Shown here: piece after piece, positions 27,530-35,853 of the stretch
Layout of the letters: each line of letters starts with the position of its first letter
How positions within the stretch are numbered: the first letter of the stretch is position 1
Assembly (NCBI GenBank): GCA_035289385.1
Contig: DATDXI010000031.1
Span: 1 to 57,227 of the forward strand
DNA length: 57,227 bases
Reading direction: 5' to 3'
Source of the DNA: Candidatus Nanoarchaeia archaeon
GTDB lineage: Archaea > Nanobdellota > Nanobdellia > Woesearchaeales > GW2011-AR9
The notes under the pieces: generated by a model
Seen by the model: only the letters and a program-made list of their open reading frames with translations
Databases searched by the model: none
What the model was told of the DNA's origin: nothing
Made by a program: the position numbers and the translations under genes

Positions 27530-30097
27530 ATGAAAATAATACCGTTAATGATTTCTTTGTTGGTTGTGCTGCTGTCAGTTGCTGCTTTGGCTGAAGTCGG
27601 TGATGGTAGTCCTGGAGATATAACTATAACTGATGAAGGAAGTGATAGTGGAGATGAAGAAGGTATTGATGATGCTTTGACTGGTACTGATGATGTTCTT
27701 CCGAGCTCAGATGATAGTGCTGTTGATTCAGAAGATTCTGATGATTCTATTATGGATGATGATTTTGGATCAATTTCTGATGGACAAAATGATGCATCTG
27801 CTGAAGAAGCAGGCAGTGATGATGAATCTAGTAATGAAGGATCAGATTCATTTGATGAAGAATTTTCTAGTGTTATTGAAGAAGATATCTATCAGGATGT
27901 AGATGATGTCGCTTTAGAAGGGGAGGCTGGATTGACACCAGACAGCTCATTCTATGTTTTGGAAAATCTTGTGGAATCTGTTCTTGTTGGTGATGATCCG
28001 GTGAAAGCCTTAGAGTATAAAGAGGAGAAGATCTTAGAATTACAGGAGATGGTTGATCAAGGAGATGAAGAAGCTGCGGAGAAAGTATTGGAAAGAGTTG
28101 AGAAGTATAATGAGATCATCAAGAGAGAAGTTTCTCCAGATATGGAAAAGCAAGTGAGGGAAAGCAGTAAGGCGGTTAAAGGTATTTTGGAAGGATTAGA
28201 TTTAGAGGGTGATGAGTGGGAGGATATTCAAGAAAAGGTTGACGAGAATGCTAAAGAAGAAGATAAGATAGCCTTAGCTGCGAAAGTCTCTAAGAAAATA
28301 TCTGAGCTCTGTGAAGCTCTTTCGTCATTAGATCCATTGGAGTATTCAAAGGTTTGCCGGACTGGTGATGAAGCCCCTCAGTGGAAAAGAGACCAAGATA
28401 GGGAGTTGACGGCTGAACAGGAAAAGGAAGCAAAGAAATTTTTTGAGATAATGTCTAGCTGTTATCAGAATCCAGCAGAATGTAAATGTGAGGATATTTC
28501 CATAAAACCATTTGCGGAGCAATGTGCAGTTATTGCTCCTTTGGCTGCGGAATGTGAATCTGGCAATGAAGAAGCCTGTAAGAAGATGGATGATATCGGT
28601 GATCCCATTGACTTACTGCCAGATTATCTCCAAGATGTTATGGCAGATGTCGAAGATAGATATGGAGAAGCGAAGCATGACTTATTTATGCCTCCTGAAT
28701 GTGTTGAGGAAGGCGCTTTAACCAAAGAAGCCTGCTTTAAGGTCATGTTTCGCTTAAATGCGCCTCCAGAATGTCAGGAAGCATTAGAAGCGGGAAAAAT
28801 TGATCCAAAAAATGAGCGTGAAGCACGGGCAGCATGTGAAGAAATTATGTTTACGGCTAATGCCCCTGAGGAATGTCTTGAAGCAGGATTGAAAGATCAT
28901 CGTGACTGTGAAAGATTCATGTTCAAGCTTGATGCACCACAAGAGTGTTTGGATGCGGGCTTAACCGGTTCAGGCAGAGATGACTGGAAGAAATGTGAAG
29001 CCATCCGTTTTAAGCTTGATGCTCCAGAAGAATGTGTTGAAGCTGGCTTAACTGGTTCTGGCAGGGATGATTGGAGAAAATGTGATGCCATCCGATTTAG
29101 GCTAGATGCTCCACAGGAATGTCTTGATGCTGGAATAGATGGAACAGGAAAAGAGGATTGGAAGAAGTGTGAGCTCATCAAATTTAAACTAGAAGCGCCT
29201 CAGGAATGTTTAGATGCAGGGTTAACTGGTTCTGGCAGAGACGATTGGAAGAAATGTGAGAAGATACGATTCCTCCTAGACGCGCCAGAAGAATGTAAGC
29301 AGTTTGCTGATAAGCGTGATCCTTGGAAGGCCTGTCAACCAGTGCAGTTTAAGATGGATGCTCCTCAAGAATGTCTAGATGCTGGTCTTGATGGGACAGG
29401 GAGAGATGACTGGAAGAAGTGTGATAAGATCCGGATGGCCATGGAACAGCAGCAGCGTCCAGAAGGTGATCAGCGTGAAGGAGACTTTAGGCCAGATGAT
29501 CGGCGTGGAGAATTTCCTGGAAAAGAAGGTGAGAGGAGAGGTGATTTCCCACAGGAAGATCAGCGTGGACAACAGCAAGAAGATCAATGCCGTGATTGTT
29601 CTCAGAAATGTGGAGATAGGAGATGGAATTGTAATAATGGGCAATGTGAGTGCTTTGATGATGGGGATGATAGAGATGAAAGTCCTTCGGGGGATGATCA
29701 TCCAAGTGATTCTGGCAGCTTTGATTCTGATGATAGTCGTGATGATAGTGGCTCCAGCAGTGATTCTGGGAGTTCAGATTCAAGTGATGGTGGGTCTTCT
29801 GATAGCGGCAGTTCTGGATCAAGTGGTGATTCTGGGAGTTCAGATTCAAGCGATGGTGGATCTTCTGATAGTGGCAGTTCTGGATCAAGTGGTGATTCTG
29901 GATCAGGAGATAGCGGTTCTTCTGGCGGAGATTCTGGCTCAAGTGGAGATAGTGGCGGCTCAGAAGCATCTAGTGAGAGTTCCGGCGATAGTGTTACCGG
30001 ATCTGCCGTAAGAATCTTTAACCCAACCGGATCGGCGGTAAAGATATTTGATCCTTTAGGAGAGAAAAGATTTAGGGAACTTGGAAGATTCAGGTAA
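27530..30097 (+). CDS. secreted, highly acidic, cysteine-repeat protein (855 aa)
   Basis: Signal peptide MKIIPLMISLLVVLLSVAALA, a D/E/S-rich N-terminal region, 8-9 repeats of about 33 aa (F-K-L-D-A-P-Q-E-C-L-D-A-G-L-T-G-S-G-R-D-D-W-K-K-C) and an S/G/D low-complexity tail. Confidence 0.8.
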   Translation: MKIIPLMISLLVVLLSVAALAEVGDGSPGDITITDEGSDSGDEEGIDDALTGTDDVLPSSDDSAVDSEDSDDSIMDDDFGSISDGQNDASAEEAGSDDESSNEGSDSFDEEFSSVIEEDIYQDVDDVALEGEAGLTPDSSFYVLENLVESVLVGDDPVKALEYKEEKILELQEMVDQGDEEAAEKVLERVEKYNEIIKREVSPDMEKQVRESSKAVKGILEGLDLEGDEWEDIQEKVDENAKEEDKIALAAKVSKKISELCEALSSLDPLEYSKVCRTGDEAPQWKRDQDRELTAEQEKEAKKFFEIMSSCYQNPAECKCEDISIKPFAEQCAVIAPLAAECESGNEEACKKMDDIGDPIDLLPDYLQDVMADVEDRYGEAKHDLFMPPECVEEGALTKEACFKVMFRLNAPPECQEALEAGKIDPKNEREARAACEEIMFTANAPEECLEAGLKDHRDCERFMFKLDAPQECLDAGLTGSGRDDWKKCEAIRFKLDAPEECVEAGLTGSGRDDWRKCDAIRFRLDAPQECLDAGIDGTGKEDWKKCELIKFKLEAPQECLDAGLTGSGRDDWKKCEKIRFLLDAPEECKQFADKRDPWKACQPVQFKMDAPQECLDAGLDGTGRDDWKKCDKIRMAMEQQQRPEGDQREGDFRPDDRRGEFPGKEGERRGDFPQEDQRGQQQEDQCRDCSQKCGDRRWNCNNGQCECFDDGDDRDESPSGDDHPSDSGSFDSDDSRDDSGSSSDSGSSDSSDGGSSDSGSSGSSGDSGSSDSSDGGSSDSGSSGSSGDSGSGDSGSSGGDSGSSGDSGGSEASSESSGDSVTGSAVRIFNPTGSAVKIFDPLGEKRFRELGRFR
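29762..29893 (+). repeat. 66-nt tandem duplication inside the S/G/D tail coding region
   Basis: Units 29762-29827 and 29828-29893 differ at 3 positions (hand alignment). Confidence 0.85.
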
Positions 30098-30188
30098 TTT
30101 TTTTATATTTTTCTTTTTTTTAATTCCATTATCTTTATCTCTTAAAAATATCCTATAGTTTTTTAAATCAGACATCAAAGTTGTAGGT

Positions 30189-31001
30189 ATGGTTTACAAT
30201 GTTAGAGTCATAGAATGGGATGATGGGTCGAACTGCTGCTTGTTAGATTCAGGGCAAGGGTCTATTTTCTCAAAGGAGATGAAACCGGTAAGATTCTTAT
30301 CGAGATGGGGTTTTCGCGCTCCTCAACATCTCTTTTATCCTGATTTTGCTGTCAGTCGTATCTTGTTTTCTGTTGAGGATGTTATAAGACATGAGGCTAC
30401 TACACTAGGCTTATGGAAGGAAGCAGGTATTCCTTGTCCTATTGTTTTATCAGTTAGTGGAAATCGTATTGAAACGACTGGATTCCCTGAAGCTGTATCC
30501 TATTGGAACCTATTAAACAACAGCGATTCAGTAGAGAGTTATAAGCAGTTAGTTACAGTTTATTCTACTATTCGAGAAACGGCAAAGCGCTATGATGATC
30601 CTCGATATTTACATCCTGATCCAAGCTTATCAAATTTTCTATATCTTCCTGAAGAAAAAACTGCTTTAGCCATCGATCCTGGTAGGTTACTCAGAAGAGA
30701 TTTAGATCTTGCCAGCTTAGATATTTTGCTCCTTGTTGAACATCTTACCTCTCTATCTGCCCTTAATACTTCACAGGATGTTATTGCTGGCTATGTCCAG
30801 GAGTTAAGGTCATCTCTTACTAAAGTAGAAGCTGAAAGGATAAAAGCTCTTGACCATTCCAATCCTTTAGTTGCAAGATTATATTTCTCTCTACGAGAAG
30901 AGTTAGGATACAGGTTTAGAAAAAGAAAGAAGAAAAATCCTCCACTATCTTTGCAAAAATATTTGGAAAGCTATCAGAACTTCATTAAAGACCTACTATA
31001 A
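30189..31001 (+). CDS. hypothetical protein, possibly protein-kinase-like fold
   Basis: LHPDPSLSNFLY and LAIDPG loosely resemble the kinase catalytic-loop and DFG-type motifs. Tentative. Confidence 0.5.
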   Translation: MVYNVRVIEWDDGSNCCLLDSGQGSIFSKEMKPVRFLSRWGFRAPQHLFYPDFAVSRILFSVEDVIRHEATTLGLWKEAGIPCPIVLSVSGNRIETTGFPEAVSYWNLLNNSDSVESYKQLVTVYSTIRETAKRYDDPRYLHPDPSLSNFLYLPEEKTALAIDPGRLLRRDLDLASLDILLLVEHLTSLSALNTSQDVIAGYVQELRSSLTKVEAERIKALDHSNPLVARLYFSLREELGYRFRKRKKKNPPLSLQKYLESYQNFIKDLL

Positions 31002-31012
31002 TCCAGACATCA

Positions 31013-31396
31013 TCAATAAAATGTTCTTCGCACTTCTGTCTTTAGCTCTAAGATCGCTTTCTTAAAAGCTCGCTCATCAGGAACAGCTTTTCCAAAATCA
31101 GCAGCAGCCATCTTATTTCGTACGAGAAGATTGATCTGATCTACAATCTTTTCAGCTTCACGGTGACCGCCGCGCTGGACCTCTTCAAGAAGGACATTAT
31201 GCTGTTCAGAAAATGTTGCCATAAATTTCTGCAGGAAGTCTTCCCGAGCATTCGCTGTTTTCATGAATTCTGGCTTTCCTGGAGCAACAGGTGTAGGGCC
31301 TTGGCGATGGTATCTGTTGTACGACTTTAATAGACCTGCTTCAAAACGGTCAAGAAACAGTTGAGTGATCATAGTATGTACCTCTTTTAGCTTCAA
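31013..31396 (-). CDS. hypothetical protein (127 aa)
   Basis: ORF only. Confidence 0.5.
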   Translation of the reverse strand: MKLKEVHTMITQLFLDRFEAGLLKSYNRYHRQGPTPVAPGKPEFMKTANAREDFLQKFMATFSEQHNVLLEEVQRGGHREAEKIVDQINLLVRNKMAAADFGKAVPDERAFKKAILELKTEVRRTFY

Positions 31397-31516
31397 AAGT
31401 AAAAGGGATTTATGAACTTTTCTCTTCTGCAGGCTTTTGAAGAGATTTTGATCTTATGGTGCGATGCATAAACTCCTTAACGTTACATTTTTAAAATAGT
31501 CAGCTATTCCAACAAT

Positions 31517-31780
31517 ATGAATTACGATTTGGAATTAGAAAAAGTCATTCAAGAGATCAAGAAAGCGGATGCTAAGTTAGTATGTCTGCAGCTGCCGGAT
31601 GGCTTAAAGCCAGAAGCGAAGGCTATTGAAGCGGAAATAACTAAGAAAACAGGTGCAAAAGTGCTTATTTGGCTGGGAAGCTGTTTTGGTGCTTGTGATG
31701 TTCCTGTTGGCTTAAAGAATTTAGGGATTGACTTATTATTCAGTTGGGGACATAATACATTTAGAAAAGAGATGTGGTAG
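31517..31780 (+). CDS. dph2: Dph2 (diphthamide synthesis radical-SAM enzyme), N-terminal domain fragment
   Basis: 87 aa. LVCLQLPDGLKPEAKAIEAEI...GSCFGACDV...FSWGHNTF aligns with domain 1 of archaeal Dph2 as I recall it, including the first cluster Cys. TATA-like ATTTTTAAAATA box upstream. Confidence 0.8.
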   Translation: MNYDLELEKVIQEIKKADAKLVCLQLPDGLKPEAKAIEAEITKKTGAKVLIWLGSCFGACDVPVGLKNLGIDLLFSWGHNTFRKEMW

Positions 31781-31811
31781 GTTTTTTATAGTCATTTATT
31801 ATTCTCCATGC

Positions 31812-32819
31812 ATGCAAAAGAGGTTGTTGATAGTGTCTATATTGTTGATAGGAATGCTGCTCTTCCTTCTATCCTCTTGTAATGATAATGGAAATGAACT
31901 CCCTCAAAATGCTCCTTCTACCGTTGATAAAGAAGCGTTGTATGATCAAGCGATCAAGAAATTAACAGGGAACGAATCGGTCAATACTACACGTCTTGAT
32001 AAGCGCTTTACTGCCCTGGAACAGCAATTGTCTGGATTTGTTGATGGTGATGAAGAGATGGACATTGCCGAATTTACGAGAATAAAGATCGCGATGGATT
32101 ATCTTGAAGGAGAAGGATATGATCCTGGAAAAATTACCCGTCTTGAAACGATGTTTAAAGCGGCATATGCTGAAGCAGAAGGAAAGATCGAAGATATCGA
32201 TGGAAGTTTAGCTGACAGGTATAATGAGCTGAACAGGACGCTGCAACGGGTTTCTTCCGGTGATGACGTTTTGACACTACCACGCTATCTGGAGATGGAA
32301 AGAGGGATCAATGAACTGGAAAAAGATGGCTATATGATCGCTTCCAGGATCGCCAGCCTTCGTACTGGGCTTTTGCAGGCTGTTCTTCATGAATTGGAAA
32401 CAGCATTAATTCATTTTGAAGTGCCGGAAGAAGTTGGCGTAGAGCAATTGCCAGATGAAGAAGATGCTGTGGAAGGTGGTAGTGATGGAGATGAAAGCGA
32501 TGCTGTTGATGAAAGCGAAACAGATGTTGCTTCTGACGTTCCAGAAGAGTCTCTTCAGCCTGTGATACGTTTAGTTGATGGTGGCTTAGACAAAGAGAAA
32601 ATGACGGTAAAAGTTGGTCAAACCGTCATTTTTGAGAATGATCGCCAGGGGCATTATAAGCTGGGCTTTGTGGTTGGAAACAGGGTCTGCCGTGATCTCA
32701 AGAGCGGATTTTTTAATAGTGGAGAGAGTTATAACTGGACGTTTGTTGAGGAACAAACATGCTGGGTATCTGATGGGATATTTACGACAGAGGCGGTGAA
32801 GATTGTGGTGATAGGTTGA
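31812..32819 (+). CDS. lipoprotein with an acidic linker and a possible cupredoxin-like C-terminal domain
   Basis: The start is set at MQKRLLIVSILLIGMLLFLLSSC (lipobox). The C-terminus VKVGQTVIFENDRQGH... is beta-sandwich-like (tentative). Confidence 0.6.
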   Translation: MQKRLLIVSILLIGMLLFLLSSCNDNGNELPQNAPSTVDKEALYDQAIKKLTGNESVNTTRLDKRFTALEQQLSGFVDGDEEMDIAEFTRIKIAMDYLEGEGYDPGKITRLETMFKAAYAEAEGKIEDIDGSLADRYNELNRTLQRVSSGDDVLTLPRYLEMERGINELEKDGYMIASRIASLRTGLLQAVLHELETALIHFEVPEEVGVEQLPDEEDAVEGGSDGDESDAVDESETDVASDVPEESLQPVIRLVDGGLDKEKMTVKVGQTVIFENDRQGHYKLGFVVGNRVCRDLKSGFFNSGESYNWTFVEEQTCWVSDGIFTTEAVKIVVIG

Positions 32820-32832
32820 TTTTGGCTTTGAG

Positions 32833-33684
32833 TCATAACTTTTGTTGTGGCTTCTTTTTTGAGGAATTAGCTATCTTTTCTTCATCGGATTTTACTGTCT
32901 TCTGCAATTTTTGAATGTCCTCTTCAGGAGGCAGATCTTCTGGCCTAATACCGCTTTTTGCGAGGAGTTTTCTGACATCCTTATTATTTTTAACATGTTC
33001 TCTAGTTATTTTTGGTTCTTTCTCCATATCTTCTTTCTTAACATTAAAGTTTGTTATTTCTGTTGCTAAGTTTTTGGCAGTTATCGTAATTGTTGGTAAG
33101 AAATCAGCTAAAGGCCTTTTCTGTGGAATTTGTAACTTCTTCTTCATCTCCAAAGTAGAAAATCCGCCAAATAATGCTTCATCTCCCTTGCTTCTGATTC
33201 TGGCGAAACCTGCTTCATCTACACCTCGTTCATAGATAAGTTTTGAGAGTTCTGTTTCAGAAGCTACTAATTTTTGCCTTGCTGTTAATCGTTCCATGAG
33301 AGCTATCCTTTGCTCTATCAACTCTTGTTTTCTGGTTTGTACTGCAAAATAGCTTTGGGCAAATGCGATCTGCTCTTTCCTAGGGTCACCATTCTGGGCT
33401 ATAAGATAACAGGCATAGCGAGTGAGCATAAAATTGTCAATCTCTTTAGAAGCCCCTTTGGGCATAGCTATCGTTTTGTTGACGCCAACAAAATGATCAT
33501 TGATTTCCTGTCCAGCAGTTTTACAGGATGTTTTTGCCTTCTCTATCACATTCAGAAAGTTTCTCCATTCATCATAATCTAAGAGTTTCTGAAGATCACG
33601 GGCATACCAGAATTCTATACCATCTGCATTATGAGCATACTCTTCAAAGGTCTTTTGTAAGGTGGCGATAAGTGCTAATTTCAT
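32833..33684 (-). CDS. dinD: DNA-damage-inducible protein D (DinD)-like protein
   Basis: WYARDLQKLLDYDEWRNF...LTRYACYLIAQNGDPRKEQIAFAQSYFAVQTRKQE closely parallels E. coli DinD as I remember it. Confidence 0.8.
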   Translation of the reverse strand: MKLALIATLQKTFEEYAHNADGIEFWYARDLQKLLDYDEWRNFLNVIEKAKTSCKTAGQEINDHFVGVNKTIAMPKGASKEIDNFMLTRYACYLIAQNGDPRKEQIAFAQSYFAVQTRKQELIEQRIALMERLTARQKLVASETELSKLIYERGVDEAGFARIRSKGDEALFGGFSTLEMKKKLQIPQKRPLADFLPTITITAKNLATEITNFNVKKEDMEKEPKITREHVKNNKDVRKLLAKSGIRPEDLPPEEDIQKLQKTVKSDEEKIANSSKKKPQQKL

Positions 33685-33786
33685 GGTCTATCTTTTAAGG
33701 TGGTTTTCGGATTCTCTGTAGACTTTACCTTCCAGCTTCTTCTTTTATATTATAGAGTATTACTCCTTTATATATTCTACCCGCAC

Positions 33787-33850
33787 TTGCAAGAAATTAG
33801 GAAACTACCTAATTTCTGCACAGAAATATGATCTTTGTCATATTTCTTGT
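33787..33850. repeat. two adjacent bulged hairpins (TGCAAGAAAT-type stems)
   Basis: TGCAAGAAATTAGG-aaacta-CCTAATTTCTGCA is followed by ACAGAAATATGA-tctttg-TCATATTTCTTGT. The first stem is shared with the insert of MITE copies 3 and 4. Confidence 0.75.
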
Positions 33851-33882
33851 GTCCAGTGGCTAGTGGGTATACATACTTCTCA

Positions 33883-33896
33883 GCAACGTTTATAAA
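33883..33896 (+). promoter_or_regulatory. BRE/TATA-like box (GCAACGTTTATAAA)
   Basis: About 24 nt upstream of the ATG at 33920, giving the C-terminal dph2 fragment its own promoter. Confidence 0.55.
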
Positions 33897-33919
33897 ACAG
33901 TATTGATATCTTTACAAAT

Positions 33920-34615
33920 ATGAAAACGATCTTTTTGGAAGCGCCGTATTTAGGTAAGGTGCGGCTCTGTAAGAAGACTCTTGATTATCTTGCGAAAAAA
34001 AAAGTGAAAACTGTTGCCTTGTATGCAGCAGTGCAGTTCTGTAATAATCTTGAATTGATTAAGCAGCAATTAGTGGATGCTGGCGTTACTGTCATCTCCT
34101 CAAAGCCAAAGAGGACGGATGCCCATCAGCAGATTCTTGGCTGTGATGTCTATGAAGATTCGTTGCATCTTTCTGCTAAAGAACGAGAGAATATCGATGC
34201 TTTCTTATACATTGGTGATGGTAAATTTCATCCATTAGCTTTATTGCATGGGCAGAAAGCAGAAATAATATGTGATGATCCTATCGCTCAACGGATGGAG
34301 ATTCTTTCTCCCACTCTTATCGATCATATCAAAAAGAAGCAGAAAGGGGCATTGATAAAGTTTTATGCTCATCAAAACATAGGGGTTATTATCTCTACAA
34401 AGCCTGGACAGCAGTTCATGAAGAAAGCTTTTTCACTTGAAGAGAAGTATCCCCAGAAGAAATTTTATTATTTTGTCGATGACCAGATATCCTTTGACCA
34501 GCTGGAAAATTTTCCATTCATCGATGTCTGGGTGAATACGGCTTGCCCCAGGATAGGATTGGATGACATCGAGAAGTTCAGGAAAGGTGTTGTGAATCTC
34601 AGGGATGTGGTGTAG
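33920..34615 (+). CDS. dph2: Dph2, domains 2-3 fragment
   Basis: 231 aa. KTIFLEAPY..., ILGCDVY, YIGDGKFHPLAL and VNTACPRIGLDD align with the remainder of archaeal Dph2, including the second and third cluster Cys. Confidence 0.85.
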   Translation: MKTIFLEAPYLGKVRLCKKTLDYLAKKKVKTVALYAAVQFCNNLELIKQQLVDAGVTVISSKPKRTDAHQQILGCDVYEDSLHLSAKERENIDAFLYIGDGKFHPLALLHGQKAEIICDDPIAQRMEILSPTLIDHIKKKQKGALIKFYAHQNIGVIISTKPGQQFMKKAFSLEEKYPQKKFYYFVDDQISFDQLENFPFIDVWVNTACPRIGLDDIEKFRKGVVNLRDVV

Positions 34616-35012
34616 GTTGTTTGTCTTTTCTTACTTGTTCTAAAACAAGAGAACAAAGTGAGTCTATTTCCGAGTGTGTATCTCCCTCCAAAGAAAGAAT
34701 ATCTTCAGGAATATCTAATTGAATGACTTTTCTTCTCGTTGTCTTTTCATATGATCTTCCATCCATCAAAGGCACACACGCGGTGCTTCTTTCTTTTTCT
34801 TCATAAGCATTTTTTTGGACTAATTCCGATAAAGAAAAACCATCAAATTTCCTAGAATATGTTATTGACTGTCCTCCGCCAATTGCACCACTCCATTGTT
34901 GAATAATTGCTAGGGATTGATCAGTAAAATAGAAGATCCTATCCCCAAAATATCTTGTCCCATAACGACTATCTGATTCTGAGTATCTTTCGTCGACTAT
35001 CAATACTTTCAT
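34599..35012 (-). CDS. hypothetical protein (137 aa)
   Basis: ORF only. Convergent with and slightly overlapping the dph2 C-fragment. Confidence 0.45.
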   Translation of the reverse strand: MKVLIVDERYSESDSRYGTRYFGDRIFYFTDQSLAIIQQWSGAIGGGQSITYSRKFDGFSLSELVQKNAYEEKERSTACVPLMDGRSYEKTTRRKVIQLDIPEDILSLEGDTHSEIDSLCSLVLEQVRKDKQPTPHP

Positions 35013-35099
35013 ATTAATTCATGTTGAGAGATACTATATAAATCATTGTTGTCTAAAATTAGAAGAAAAGTTTAAATAGGGTATAATTTCATTAAAGCT

Positions 35100-35840
35100 A
35101 TGGATATACATCTGAAGGAAATATTGTTGAAAGTAGGGTTAACTTCAAGAGAATCTGAAGCTTATTTATCTTTACTGAAGAGAGGGGAAAGTTCAGCTTT
35201 TGAAGTCAGTAAAGACATCAAAGAATCAAGAACAAATGTTTATTCTACTTTACTTTCATTAATAAAGAGAGGATTAGTAACCTACATCATTAAGAGAAGC
35301 AAGAAGTTTTTTAAGGCGGCAAATCCTGAGATATTATTGGAAATAATCAAAGAGAGAGAACAATTACTCTCCACAAATATTAACTCTTTCTTGAATTATT
35401 ATCAGCCTTATCATGGCATTCAAGTAGAGGTTTATGAAGGAACTGAGGGTATAAAAACGATTTGGAATGAAGTGCTAAGGGAAGGTAAGGAGGTATTTGT
35501 TATTGGAAGTACAGGAGAAAGCACTGAAGTACTACAGGGATTTAATTTTATCAAGTTCCATAAGGCAAGATTAAGGAAGAAGATCAGATTAAAAATATTG
35601 GTGAATACCACAAAAAAAGCTATATCTCATGCAAAAAAGATTGTAAAAATTGGGAATGGGGAGTATAGGGTTCTTCCTTTTGATAAACCAGTGACCACTT
35701 ATATCTATGGAGATAATGTTGTCTTATTTGAATGGAAAAAAAGCCAATTAACTGCAGTTCATATTACGAGTAAGGGTATGGCAGAATCATTCAAAAGTCA
35801 ATTTAAGTTTATATGGGATAGATGCACTAGTTTTTCTTAA
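35100..35840 (+). CDS. TrmB-family transcriptional regulator
   Basis: N-terminal wHTH (GLTSRESEAYLSLLKRGESSAFEVSKDIKESRTNVYSTLLSLIKRGLV). AAAAGTTTAAATAGG box upstream. Confidence 0.8.
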   Translation: MDIHLKEILLKVGLTSRESEAYLSLLKRGESSAFEVSKDIKESRTNVYSTLLSLIKRGLVTYIIKRSKKFFKAANPEILLEIIKEREQLLSTNINSFLNYYQPYHGIQVEVYEGTEGIKTIWNEVLREGKEVFVIGSTGESTEVLQGFNFIKFHKARLRKKIRLKILVNTTKKAISHAKKIVKIGNGEYRVLPFDKPVTTYIYGDNVVLFEWKKSQLTAVHITSKGMAESFKSQFKFIWDRCTSFS

Positions 35841-35853
35841 AGGTTACAAATAC

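Noticed and set aside
28731-29893. The repeats inside the 855-aa gene were considered as a template/variable repeat pair of a diversity-generating retroelement.
   Set aside because: They are in-frame tandem coding repeats with substitutions at all bases, not adenine-specific differences. No reverse transcriptase gene is present.
29379-30011. Overlapping alternative-frame and antisense ORFs were called in the S/G/D tail region: 29379-30011 (+), 29487-29969 (-) and 29375-29701 (-).
   Set aside because: Repetitive low-complexity DNA keeps several frames open. Only the frame continuous with the signal peptide and the Cys repeats is credible.
31728-31811. The track start of the 363-aa ORF overlaps the 3' end of the dph2 N-fragment.
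   Set aside because: The extension (MTYYSVGDIIHLEKRCGRFF...) precedes a textbook lipoprotein signal that starts at the ATG at 31812. The overlap is an ORF-calling artefact.
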